A stretch of 64,000 nt of DNA from Raja brachyura (GCA_963514005.1 OY740798.1:20646001-20710000); one strand, 5' to 3'. Shown: positions 25,436 through 37,278, numbered from the stretch's first letter. The notes: generated by a model from the sequence alone, not told the origin. Numbers and translations are program-made.

Positions 25436-25704
25436 CTGAAAAGCAAAGTAAAATGAAGTGATCTGTCAACAATTATTTCCCTCTGTAAAATGTGACAATC
25501 AGGTATTATTCGCAATAATAAACTACCAGTATTCAGGATTGGTCCATGGTCTATAATTGCAATAGATTTGCAGCATGCTATCTCTTAACACATATAAACC
25601 AGATTTCCATAACCTTTCTTGCACTGTTACTTTTATTTATGCTCTGCAACTTGCACCTTCCCAATAGAACAAACCTTTAGCCTCTGCCCATCACTAACTC
25701 ATGG

Positions 25705-26000
25705 AGTCATTGAGTCTTACAGTGTGGAAACAGGCCCTTTAGCCCAACTAACCCACACTAGCCAACATGTCCCATCTACACTAGTCCCACCTGCCTTCAT
25801 TTGGCTCAAGTCCTTTTAAACTTCTCCTATCCATGAACCTGTCTAAATGTTTCTTAAACGTTCCAATAGTACCTGCCTCATTGACCTCCTCCGGCAGCTC
25901 GTTCCATACACCCACCTTTTTTTGTGTGAAAATGTTACCCCTCAGGTTCCTATTAAATCTTCCTCCCATCACCTTAAACCTATGTCCTCTGGTTTTCAAT
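25705..26000 (-). mobile_element. CR1 LINE 3' end
   Basis: TRGHRFKVMGGRFNRNLRGNIFTQKKVGVWNELP. Confidence 0.85.
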
Positions 26001-26734
26001 ACTACCCTAGATATTTCAGATATTTCTCCGAGTGGTGATGAAGGAGCGACAATGTATTTCTATGTCAGGTTTGTTTGTATCTTGGAAGGAAACCAGCTGT
26101 TGAACCCTCTAGTGCCCTTGTCCATTGGGGCGATCCAGACTAGTAACTGTAGAGTATTTTGTAGACATCTCATACTGCAGCCACAGTAGTGTAGAGATTT
26201 AATGGTAAGGGTGGCACAGGCCCTTCGGCCCACCAATACTGCACCGACCAGTGATCCCCGTACACTAGTGCTATCCTACACACTGGAGACAATGTAGAAT
26301 TTTACCAAAGCCAATTAACCTACAAACCTGTACATCTTGGGAATGTGTTAGGAAACTGCAAAACCTGGAGAAAACACATGAGTTCACAGGGCGAACATAC
26401 AAACTCCGTACAGACAACACTCTTAGTCAGGATCAAACCCGGGTCTCTGGTGCCATAAGGTCACAAATCTACCGCTGCACCATCATGCCACCCCTAAACA
26501 TACTTCATTTAACATACTTAATTTCAGATGTAATACAACTACAGTTTTTTTCTGGGATATGTATCTTGTAATGTAAACTGAACAGTGCCTTGAAAAATCC
26601 TTCCCTATTATAACTAGATTGTACATAGTTAAAAATGCCTAATTGTGAAATAAAAATAATACCAATTTACCAAATCACATTTCTGTTTGAAAGTTCAGCA
26701 TGATACACAGATTGTTAAAGTAGCACAATGTTAC

Positions 26735-26930
26735 CTCAATGCTCTGCTTAGTTTCTCGTAGGTCATGTGCTCATTCTTTTTCCTTTGTCCCCAGAGCTTA
26801 GCCAGAGAATTGGACTTCACAACTTTGAATATTCCTTCTCCTCTGTCTTCCCATTCCAAAATGCCGCTGTTTTTCTCAGGAGAGTGGAGAAGATCACGAA
26901 TAAATTCCCAAAGGTACTCTCTTTGCAAAC
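26735..26930 (-). CDS. ELF5: ELF5-like ETS factor, ETS-domain exon (196 nt)
   Basis: Acceptor ctcttgaag|GT, donor AG|gtaac. [65 protein letters not shown] is closest to ELF5 ([25 protein letters not shown]). Orthologue versus paralogue is not resolved. Confidence 0.9.
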
Positions 26931-27870
26931 CTTCAAGAGAAAGCAAAAATCTCATTTACTCATATATCTGAAGAAGGGTCTCAACCCGAAACATAACCCA
27001 TCCCTTCTCTCCAGAGATGCTGCCTGGCCTGCTGAGTTACACCAGTATTTTATGTCAACCTCATATATCTTATGTTCTGCAGGTTACAAGAAAAAATCTT
27101 CCCACTCCGGTTACCTCCCACACTCCAAAGATGTATGTGTTTGGAAGTTAATTGGTTTTGGTAAAATTGTAAATTATCTGTAGTGTGTGTAGAATAGTGC
27201 TAATGTCCGAGGATCGCTGGTCGGTGTGGACTCAGTGGCTGAAGGGCCTAATTCCGCTGGATCTCTCAACTAAACTAAACTAAAAATTCAATTTTAGATA
27301 ACATGCATCACATTTCAATGCTTGATTCTGCTGTGCTCTGAAGATTAATTGGCCAAATAATACTAATTGAGAGCCACCGCCTACAGCACCGCCCCTGGAG
27401 CCCCTTCCTCCACACACAGTGTACAGGGCTCCATCAGCATGATCTAGGCAGCAGCATGGCCTCCAGTGCTGCACTTAGGGAACCATATTAATGTATTGCC
27501 ATATATGGCAATGTATGTGCTGCCATATTAACGTATTCCCATGCACATCATTGTGAAACGGGGGGAAACTAGAGCTTCCAGGTGAAACCCACAAGCTGAA
27601 CATGCAAAGTCCACACAGACAGCAGCAGAGGTGAGACTGAACTTGATTGCTGGATCTGTGAAGCAGAAGCTCTACTAGCTACCTCCCTAAGAATTTGAAA
27701 CTGAGCATCAGCTTGGCACACTCCATGGAAGCTTCCTGTGAAGAAGTTATCCAGTGTCGAGGAGGCCACATTGTGTGCATCTAGGAACAGTTTGTATTCC
27801 TGATTGGCAAGAAGGAATTGTAAATAGCTCATTCTATGCTCCCCCAGTCTAGTTTCAGTCAATAAAATAC

Positions 27871-28197
27871 TGAATCAAGCACTTGAGCAACTAAACTTTA
27901 TTTTGGATAACACATCAACAGTTCCCTAAACTATACCTAACCACCGTGGGTTTGATCCTTGTATCTGGTTAGCCAAGCCCTTCCAGCCATGTGCAAGCAG
28001 GGACACTCCAAAAAGTCACGCAGTCCCAAGCATTCTTCCAGAATATCGACATCGGACCTCGTGGGAGCTACCTTTTATAGGTCCCCGAACTTTGAGGGGC
28101 TGAACCACAGGGGGGTGGTCTCATTATAAACCAATCAAACATATTGATAATAATAGTACATCATTGACAGTTCCCTATCCCAATAATACAATCTGCA
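27871..28197 (-). mobile_element. Possible solo LTR (327 bp)
   Basis: TG...CA termini with a 4-bp direct flank ATAC on both sides (27867-70, 28198-201). On the - strand, a CCAAT-type motif, TATAAAAGG (about 28071-79) and AATAAA (27897-902) occur in U3-R-U5 order. Confidence 0.5.
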
Positions 28198-29788
28198 ATA
28201 CATTGTATTTGAAAGAAGCTTCTAGAAGGAAGCCAACACAGATGAATAGTGCAACATGTGCCCTGGGATTCAAACAGTTCCTCTAAGGCTCAACATTTCA
28301 ACCAATCAACAATTAACAGGGCACTCATTTCGCAACATTATTTATACTATTTGCAATGCCTTTACAGCAATCCAATCGGAATGATGCATTTAAGGTTCAT
28401 TTGCAAAACTACTATACATTTTATCAAGTTAGGAGAAACAAGGAGAACACCTGGATCTCTCACCATCCTGCATATCAGTCTGAGCCTTGGCTGGCTGGCT
28501 GGCGCCATCCAAAGCCTGTAAATTTCAGCTGACAAGGATTAAGTAATTCTGATAAGTGCAGGAATCCTCCATTTTATGGTGTCTTTAATTTGGTCAGTAT
28601 TAACAGAATGAGTTTGAAGAGCCATGCTGCATTGCCCTTAGTAGCAAACTAAGCTAATGGAAAGGGAATGGATGGTGAATAAGGAAGAGCAAACCAGGGA
28701 GTCACAGAAGGATTGGTCCCTTCAAAATTCTTAAAGGGGAAATGGAGAGAAATCTGTCTCATGGTGGAATGTTCTTAAAGGTGGCAGAAGTTATAAGAGA
28801 TGAATACGTGACAATATACTGTTCAAGAATATTAAAATTATAAACTACAAGTCCTTGTGATTTAGTTCCTGCATTCAACCTGAGTCAGAGGTTCCTAGCC
28901 AAGCAACACAGTTAACATTACAATTGCTCCGCACTTAATATTCTACAGATTTCTGCTGCAAAATTCTCAATGGCATTTGTCAATCCAACATACTCTTTTC
29001 AAGCAGGAGGTGATGCATAATTCATGTATGAAATGGAACTCTGCCACTTTGTGAGAATGTTATGGTAGGGTGCTTTTTCACATTGTTGTACAAGATAATG
29101 TGATCCAAAGGCATGAATTAGCTTTCGTATGAATTAAACATACACGGATATCACCGTTAATAATAATTACACGAGCATGTAAGATTACGTTCAGGATAAT
29201 ATAAATGACTAAAGGTCACGTTGTAATTCTCTGCCTGGAGAACATCACTAGAGACCCCCTTTTCTATTACTAGTTTTATTTTAACTTTCCTCTCTTTCAC
29301 CACAATAATATCTCATCATGTTATTCATTTAATGAGAGTATAATAATTAGAAGGCCTCCCACACACCTTGACAAAACTTTATTTTGCGTAAGTAGTTAAC
29401 CAAATCATTGACCTGAGCTCAATTATGGAAGGCCAAAACTCTTCCATTGATGGCTTTTCATCGGCCTTCAGGAAATGTACCTTCAGCAATTAATCCGTAG
29501 GAGGACAGACGAGATATCATTGAAACTTTGATAAGGAAAGCTTAAGGACAAATCTTTATCAATTAAATATTTCTTCCAAGGATAGAAAATGGACTTATCC
29601 AGACTGTGAATAGAATCTCACTCTGGAGGCAAAGGTTAATTAAGGATTAACCATTTCCATGTACCAGTAAAGTGCCAGCATGAAAATGTATCAAGAACAA
29701 ATATGGAGCTGTTCAGCAATGAATGTATCAGCGTATCAGTTGCATACTTCCTCATCACTGCCTCTTCATGTATTTCCCCCTCCAATAC

Positions 29789-29860
29789 CTGCAGCCATTT
29801 CTCTGTTGGCATTGTCACCACATTGTAAACAGCATTCCTGCACTTCTTGCTCCTCCAGGT
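29789..29860 (-). CDS. Possible small linker exon of the ELF5-like gene (72 nt, phase 1-1)
   Basis: Acceptor tttaaaag|, donor CAG|gtatt. Open and frame-preserving (LEEQEVQECCLQCGDNANREMAA). The acceptor is weak and I recognise no homology. Confidence 0.25.
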
Positions 29861-30394
29861 CTTTTAAATATCATGACTTATCCTGTTCGGCAGACATTTC
29901 AATGAATGCTGCCCCTCTGGAATTGTGCCATCCATAATTTAATTCAAATGACAGCTTTGTCTTCTGTCCTTTCTGACAAGATAAATATGTCACCACATTC
30001 TTTGCGTGGTTATGCATGAAGCCTTCATATTTTATAGCTACCATATTGCATGCATCCTCCGTTTGAAGAACAGGCTTAAATATATTTTGAATAAGATGAA
30101 GTGGTCACAGATATAATCTATTAATATATAGTAGAGTGGGTACAGAATCCAGCTCTGGCTGTTTGAGCTCAGAGGGTGCCAAATTAATTCTAATTTGCAC
30201 CACTCTGCAGGTTGAACCAGCCATCATGTCAGGAAATGTGTTAGCGTGTGCAATGCTAACACCTGCTGGAAGAACACAGACTAGGCAGGCCATATCACAA
30301 TCAGTCGGCAATGTCACTTTCATGCCAGTACTGCCAAACATGCTTGATGCTCATGCTAATGAGAGCTTGGTTTGGGAACAGCCCAAGATCATAA

Positions 30395-30870
30395 GAAATG
30401 ACACACTTTCTTCACCCAGGAAGTTGTGAATCTGTGGAATTCTCTGCCACATCCACAATTCACTGGATGTTTTCAAGCGAGAGTTACATTTAGCTCTTGG
30501 GGCTAGCTAAATCAAGGGATATGGGGAAAAAACAGGAAAGAGGTACTGATTTTAGATGAACAGCCATGATCATATTGAGCGGCAGTGCTGTCTCGAAGGG
30601 TCGAATTGCCTATTCCTGCACCTATTTTCTATGTTTGAGTATATGACAAAAAAACTTGACCACTTGAGTTTGAAGCATTCATGCATGGTGGAGGTATAAT
30701 GTAGTCATAGAGTGATACAGTGTGAAAACAGGTCCTTCGGCACACTTTGCCCACACCCGACAACTTGTCCCAGCTACACTACCTGATTTTGGTCCAAATC
30801 TCTCCAAACCTGTCCTATCCATGTATCAGTCTAATTGTTTCTTAAATGCTGGGATAGTCCCTGCCTTTCT
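30395..30870. mobile_element. Two CR1 3' tails (+ at 30395-30635, - at 30705-30870)
   Basis: Both match the CR1 3' UTRs seen elsewhere in the window. Confidence 0.75.
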
Positions 30871-33800
30871 ACCTCCTCCCACACCCTCCCACCACTCGGT
30901 TACTCCACTCCCTCAACTATTATGTTTGTTTACCTCACTGACTATTTCTAACCCCCCCCCCCCCCCCAAATTTCTTTGACAGGTTGAATAGAAATATCTC
31001 CAATCTCGTTGTTTTATTAATTGAGCACGTAGATGAACATCCTCAAGGAGTGTAATCAGATGGAAACTGATTCAGATGCGACGTTTAATAGCTTGTTCAA
31101 AGACGGGGCATATTTTAAAGGAATGACTTGCAAGGGAATGTCTGAGGAGGTTATTATTTGTCTTTAGTTTTAGCTTGAACCAGGACATCTGTAGATTCAA
31201 AGTTTAATATAGTAATTGTGCTGATACTGACCCCAACCAACTACGTAATGAATATCATCCATTCCAGAGGTTTTACTTTTCTGATGCCATTTAAACTTCA
31301 CTTGGATTTCAATCACTTCAATGTAAAAGTAATTGGGAATGGGGAGCATTGGAACAAAAATTTGTCCTCGCTACATATTAACTATAATATAATAATGTAT
31401 GCATGTTGGTAGGTGCAATCGAAACAAATAAATTTTTTATCATTGTTGTGTTAGGAATACCACAGAAAATATTATGTACTCTCAAGATCACATTTAATGA
31501 AATAATATTGCTTAAATATTGCTTAGTTATTGGACTTTGCATTTCAGAAAAGCCCCAGCTGGTTAGAAGACAGCAAAATACTGAAAATATTGGGGCTGAA
31601 AATGACTTCAGGACAGTTTGTTAGGAAAATGAAGGAAATTGTAACAGAATACTTATGCAGATCCCCTCCACCCCCCTCTCAAACCCCCCCCCCCCCCGCA
31701 ACTCGGTCGCTACGCAACATTGGGCTTGGTCTCTCGCAATTTCTCACTCCAGACTGTCACCCAATGTTGGCAGCCCTGCAAGTGGGACTAGTGTAAATGG
31801 GACATGTTGGTCAGTGTGGGCAAGTTGGGCCGAAGTGCCTGTTTCCATGTTGTATGACTCTATGACTATTTTCCAAATAGCTGGGTACAACACAAGAACA
31901 CACATAAGAAAAAAAGACCAAGAGTAGGCCTCCTGGGTCATCAAACCTGTCGCACCATTCACTGAGGTAAAAGTTCATCTGCACCATGCCTCAACTCCTA
32001 CTCAATGCTTGCTCCACATAGCTCACAATCTTTCAAAAACAGTTGTATCTGCTCTGTAAATACTTCCAGTGCTCTAGCCTCCACAGTTCTCTGGTGTAGC
32101 AAATTCCAATGATTCACCACCTATTGTCAGACAAAATCACTACACAGTTCAGTTTTAAATGACTGCCCTCTTATATTGTAACTATTTCCCTCATTCAAGA
32201 CTCCCTTAAAGGATCTTGAGCTTCAATAAGATGCCCCCCCTGTTCTTCCAATCTCCAAGGAATACAGCATCACAGGCGGGACAGCGCCAGAGACCCCGGT
32301 TCGATCCTGGCAACCGGCGCTCTCTGTATGGAATTTGTACATTTTCCCTATGACTGTGTGGGTTTTCTCCAGTTGCTCTGGTTTTCTCCCACACTCCAAA
32401 GACGTACAGGTTTGTAGGTTAATTACCACCCTTCCCGGCCCCACAGCAGAAGCGACCACGTTGCGGGGCTGGAAACGGGAAGTATCCTGAGCTAATTCTG
32501 CTACCACCATCATCTACTGCGACAAGTGATGGCTTCCATTGATTGTCGCCGGAACCTTGCGTCCTTTTCAGGACGGACGATGAGAGCGAGACCAACATTT
32601 GTAACAAGATGGACACGAAAAGAAAAACACTACTCTTCCCAAAGCTGTGATCTTTTCAACAACAATATAATTAGTCTAGGTGACTCAATCCTGTCTATTC
32701 CCGGAACCGTCATTGCACATTTGTTGCCAATTACTATAATTGGCAGCTGGACCTACTGTCACTGCCAGCTATCCAGCTGTTCATCTAACCCAGTACTTGG
32801 ACGGTCCCTCCTAAATAGGTGTGCAGCACCACCTTGGTCCAACTCAGTAAAATGTAATACAGGCATTCCAAGTCTGTGGCCTGCTCCATCATGGACTAAC
32901 TCACATTGGTGTCCATTCTCATATGTAGGGTGATGTCCTCAATCGACAAACTGCCTTTACATGAATCATCATCATTGCTTTTTTCATTTGTTCCCAACTC
33001 TTCATCCTTTCATTCCACCATAAACGTACAAACCGAGATGGTTCATACCATATATCTAAGGTATATTAGCCCATTTGAAGAATTATCCATTTGAAGGATG
33101 TGCCCTTTCTTTCAGTAACTGTAACATAAAGCCTTCTGTATTACAGGAATCTCCAAAAGCAGCTCTGGTGAAGCCTCTTGCTTTTCCAAACGTCCTGTAG
33201 ACATCCTAACATAGCACGTGACCTGTTTTTTTCCCCACTGAACCAGCTTTCAGTTCAATGAAGATCACACTGCTTTCACTTCAGAAGGGAAATTGGTTCA
33301 TGTGCAATTTGCGACCTGAACGCTTACTCAGCCATTAGGTTCCCCCATTTTAAACCCCCATGCATCAATTTTCCCATCCTCTTTAGGCAATCTTAGACCA
33401 AAATATCCTGTTAAGGTCAGTTTCATGCTCTGCTGAGAGAATGCTGTTGTCTATTTTTCTTGCATTTTCTTTCTTTCTAGTTACTCAAGCAGCAACATCC
33501 TAAATTTGACTATTATGGTGTCTGTGGAGTCCTTTGTGTTGCTGCTTTCATTCATAATTTAACATGGGTAGAGCTATAAATAGAACATATTTTACTGAAG
33601 ACAGTAACTTTCAATAAAACTGTAGTATTGAGATACTTACCATGTGACATAAGCCAATTCTTAAAGGAATTTTACATTGTGCACAGAATGTATACAGAGT
33701 GTAAGAAATTATAATGATAGGGAGCAACAAGGCTCATGATTTAATCATAAGGGTAAAGCATTTAAATCTGAGACCCGAAGTAACCAAAACCCCAATCAAT

Positions 33801-33999
33801 CAGACCATAACTAAAGACCAAATTAATGACTTAACGATTTAGAGATGGGAATAAATAATGGTGCATTGTTCAGAGGTCTAAGAAAAAAGGGAAAAAGTAT
33901 AACATAATTTATCTTTCACAGGAAACAATTAGCTAAGAGTTATTATGAGAGTTAATGTATAATTTACAATCAATGTTAAAATGATATTACTTTACTTAC

Positions 34000-34050
34000 T
34001 TTCATCAATAGGAAGTTCCTTCTTCACAGAAATACACACTTGAGAAACTT
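34000..34050 (-). CDS. ELF5: ELF5-like gene, 51-nt linker exon (phase 1-1)
   Basis: Strong sites ttttatttaacag| and |gtaagt. Open frame (E)VSQVCISVKKELPIDE. ELF5 has a similarly short phase-1 exon after PNT. Confidence 0.6.
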
Positions 34051-35309
34051 CTGTTAAATAAAATCATGGAATAGATGTAAATATTAGAGATTGGACTTTA
34101 ATCCAAGCTGGCGTGAAGTGTTGTACTTTGGGATGCAAGGAGAAAGTATACAGTTAAGAGCAAGACCCTTAACAAGATTGATGTACAGAGGCATCTTGGG
34201 GTCTAAGTCTATAGTTTCCTGAATGTGGCAACACAAGCAGATAGAGTAATAAAGGGGGCATATGGTATGCTTGCCATCAGTGGGTTAATGAATATAAGAG
34301 TCATGGAGGTCATGTTGCAGTTTTAGAGGTATTTGGTCAGACCGCATCTGGAGCATTATGTGCAGTTTTGGTCAACCCATTACAGGAAGGAATATGAATG
34401 ATGTTTCAGGTCGAGATCCTTCTTCAGTCTGAGGTCTGAAGAAACCTCATTCAAATTTTTAATATTTACATTTACAGTTTCTGATGTTCAAAGCGATTTG
34501 TCTATTTAAGGTGGCTAGAGTTATGATCTCGAGATGGTGCCTTGCATGAATGGAAAGTCATTGAATGCAGATCACAAGACAATGATAGCAGATCCTGAAA
34601 ATAAATTGCCCTTGTTGCTGATGTTGCAAGCACCACTCTATCGGGTGATCCCAATTTGCCCTGTAACTTGTACCACACAACAATGATCTAAAAATAAGCA
34701 GTGTGGTACAATGTGTAAAACCTGAATGTCAGAGAAGAGGGAAGACTCCTCCCGGATTTCCTGATATATTCAGTGGAAACCTTCCAGACGACTAGGTCAA
34801 ACAAGAACAGATCTTTTTTTTGCTCTGTTCTCTCACAATCAGGCATGCACATGCAGTATACATTTCTGCTCTAACTTGCTGTATTCTCTTCTAATGCTTA
34901 TCTAGACAATGAAACTCAAAAAAGTGGTAATGAGGTGTGCCTAAGGTAAAAAAAAGACTTTCCTCACCTGGTATCACACGTTCCAAAGTGCTGCACAGCA
35001 TTCAGCCTGGGGCTTTACATGGCCTGCATCGAGTTCCACCTGGCCTTCTCGATAGGCAGTAAGAAAACCATTCATGCTGACCACAAACACTGCCTGCACT
35101 CAGTAACCACAATCATGCAGCAGCCCTCCTTCACGCAGACTCAACCCACTCATTGCCCATGATAACCCACAACCTGGATTCACTGTGCACATCTACTGCC
35201 CACACCCACTCACCAAACAGAATTTCTAACTATATATCCACTCACTACTTGGACTCATTGCCCACATCCATTCACTGTGCACACATGAAGCCCATACCCA
35301 CTGCCCATA

Positions 35310-35443
35310 ATGGGGTGGGAGATTGCAACATTCACGTGGTCCAATCTGTTTCGACTAATGCAATCAACCCGACGTGCACAAACAAGATCAAATAGAACAA
35401 GTTGACCTACAACTTTAGGCTGTGCACGCCATAAGAAGAAGAT
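35310..35443 (+). mobile_element. Short SINE-like retroelement (possibly ingi/Vingi-derived), copy 1
   Basis: TSD TGCCCATA (35302-09 and 35444-51), (AAG)n tail, full-length homology to 50479-50618. Confidence 0.8.
35312..35365 (+). ncRNA. Minimal HDV-like ribozyme motif (degenerate copy)
   Basis: P1 GGGGTGG/CCAATCT with G1-U wobble, P2 GATTGCA/TGCAATC, P3 ACA/GGT, L3 TTCACGT, and J4/2 CTAA retaining the catalytic C. Confidence 0.65.
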
Positions 35444-36335
35444 TGCCCATAGTCACTGCCTAACCTTAAACTACCTGCTCACTTCCCCACCCATTCACCA
35501 CTTGCTTACTGCCCACACCCACCCACTATTCACACCCATTCACTGCGCACAGGCACTCACTATTCACACACAGTCATTTCCCACATTAACTCACAATTCA
35601 CACCCATTCATTGCACACACTCGCTCACTGTCCACACCCATACACTGCCCACACCCACTCACAGACCATACCCATTCACTGCCCACACCATTCACTGCCC
35701 ACAACACTCACTATTCACACACATTCACTCACTGTTCACACCCATTCACAATCCATGATCACGCATTGTCCACACCCATTCTCTGCCCACACTTATTATT
35801 CACACTCATTCACTGCCCATGCTCACTCACTGTTCACATCCATTCACTACACACACTCATTCTGCAATCACATTCAATGCCCACACCAGCTGCACACTGC
35901 AACACATGTCCAGCCTAACGCAGGTTTATCAGATGGGTTTAAGCATGACTGCTCGATGGGGATTTCAGTCAGAGTACAATCAGAATGACAGCAAGGATCT
36001 CCTAAATAGTTCTGGACTTTCATGTTCCCACGAGACATCCTCGGATGTGCTTTTGATTATCAGCCCAACCCTCCCCACAAGATTGCCGTACTTAGCTTCC
36101 TTATAGTGATCAGAAACTAGAGTTAATCTTTGACCTGACATACCAGGCATCATGAAGGCCAATTGTAATGTTCCATCATCACTGGGACTATAACCCAACT
36201 AATATAGTGTAAACCAAGTCTGAGCCTGTGACATTCTGGCCTGCACCTTACAGTATCACACCAGAGATTTATTTTCAGAACATGTTACTGAACAGCGTAG
36301 GAAGGAACTGCAGATGCTGGTTTAAACCAAAGATA

Positions 36336-36574
36336 GACATAAAATGCTGGAGAAACTCAGCGGGACGGGCAGTATCTCTGGAGAGAAGGAATGGATGACG
36401 TTTTGGGTCGAGACCCTTCTTCATATAGATAAGTAAGTGAGAATCTTATATTTGCTTTCTCCTGAAGGTTTGCAAAGAGAGTACCTTTGGGAATTTATTC
36501 ACGATCTTCTCCACTCCCCTGTGAAAAACAGCGGCATTTTGGATTGGGAAGACAGAGGAGAAGGAATATTCGAA
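36336..36574 (+). pseudogene. Inverted partial duplicate of the ELF5-like ETS exon with its acceptor and adjacent pLTR
   Basis: 36468-36571 matches the reverse complement of 26827-26930 with 5 differences in 104 nt ([34 protein letters not shown]). The upstream intron and pLTR junction are also shared. Confidence 0.9.
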
Positions 36575-36662
36575 TCTATTTTTCCAGATTTCTTATACAC
36601 TTAAATAATTACTGTACAAGGCCAGCCTGGCAATTGTCTAAGCATAAAATAAAAGTTCTTAC

Positions 36663-36782
36663 CTCCCTGCTCCTTGAAGCAGGGGAATCCCACATGGTCA
36701 TAAAGAATTGGTGAAGAATAGTGCTGCAAATAGTTAGGTCCCTTAAATAGCAGTGGTAGCCAAAATAATTTGACATCATGCT
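36663..36782 (-). CDS. ELF5: ELF5-like gene, N-terminal exon (120 nt, phase 1-1)
   Basis: Acceptor attacatttcag|, donor GAG|gtaaga. Open frame (K)HDVKLFWLPLLFKGPNYLQHYSSPILYDHVGFPCFKEQG. The end resembles ELF5 YYPAFEHQT and the exon size is similar. Confidence 0.55.
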
Positions 36783-36956
36783 CTGAAATGTAATTAAACA
36801 AGTTAATTTCCCTACATGCAAAATAACACACTAGTTTGTTTAATCTGAGGCTTAATTCGCTATACAACTTTTGCTTTGTAACTTCTTTAATAAATTAATA
36901 AATTTGTTATATTTCTCTAGCAGATAAAAATACATTTATAAAAGGAAACTACTTAC

Positions 36957-37070
36957 TCATAACCAAGTAAACATGCAGGATAAACAGCAACTGCACATAA
37001 ATCTGTACACACAACTTCTCTCAGCAAGAGAAGAATGTTTCCCATCACCACTTAGATCATTTTATTTATA
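36957..37070 (-). promoter_or_regulatory. Candidate TATA promoter and first exon of the ELF5-like gene (ATG at 36960-58)
   Basis: TATAAATAAA at 37070-61 on the - strand, then about 80 nt ending ATGA|gtaagt. Phase 1 joins the 120-nt exon in frame. Confidence 0.5.
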
Positions 37071-37278
37071 AAGGACACACCTCTTTGAAGTCACATACTG
37101 TATATTCTTTTGTAATATAAATTAGTTAATGGAAAATTCCACTGAACTAGATTGACAGAGTCCCCTGTGTTCCGATTTTGAAATGCCTCAGAGGGGAAAT
37201 GTTATATCAGTCAGCAAAATGTAAATATGCAGCATGATGCTAAGGTACATTCCAACAAATACATCAAGTTTGGTGACG

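Larger units (their letters stand above)
35150..35900. repeat. Degenerate CA-rich tandem repeat (CACACCCATTCACTGCC-like)
   Basis: Low-complexity reiteration; source of the His/Thr/Pro-rich spurious ORFs. Confidence 0.85.

Noticed and set aside
33328-33660. Further ELF5-like exons at donors 33328 and 33641 (also 28464)
   Set aside because: In-frame stops or incompatible phase with the flanking exons.
35502-36106. His/Thr/Pro-rich ORFs
   Set aside because: Products of the CA-rich low-complexity repeat.
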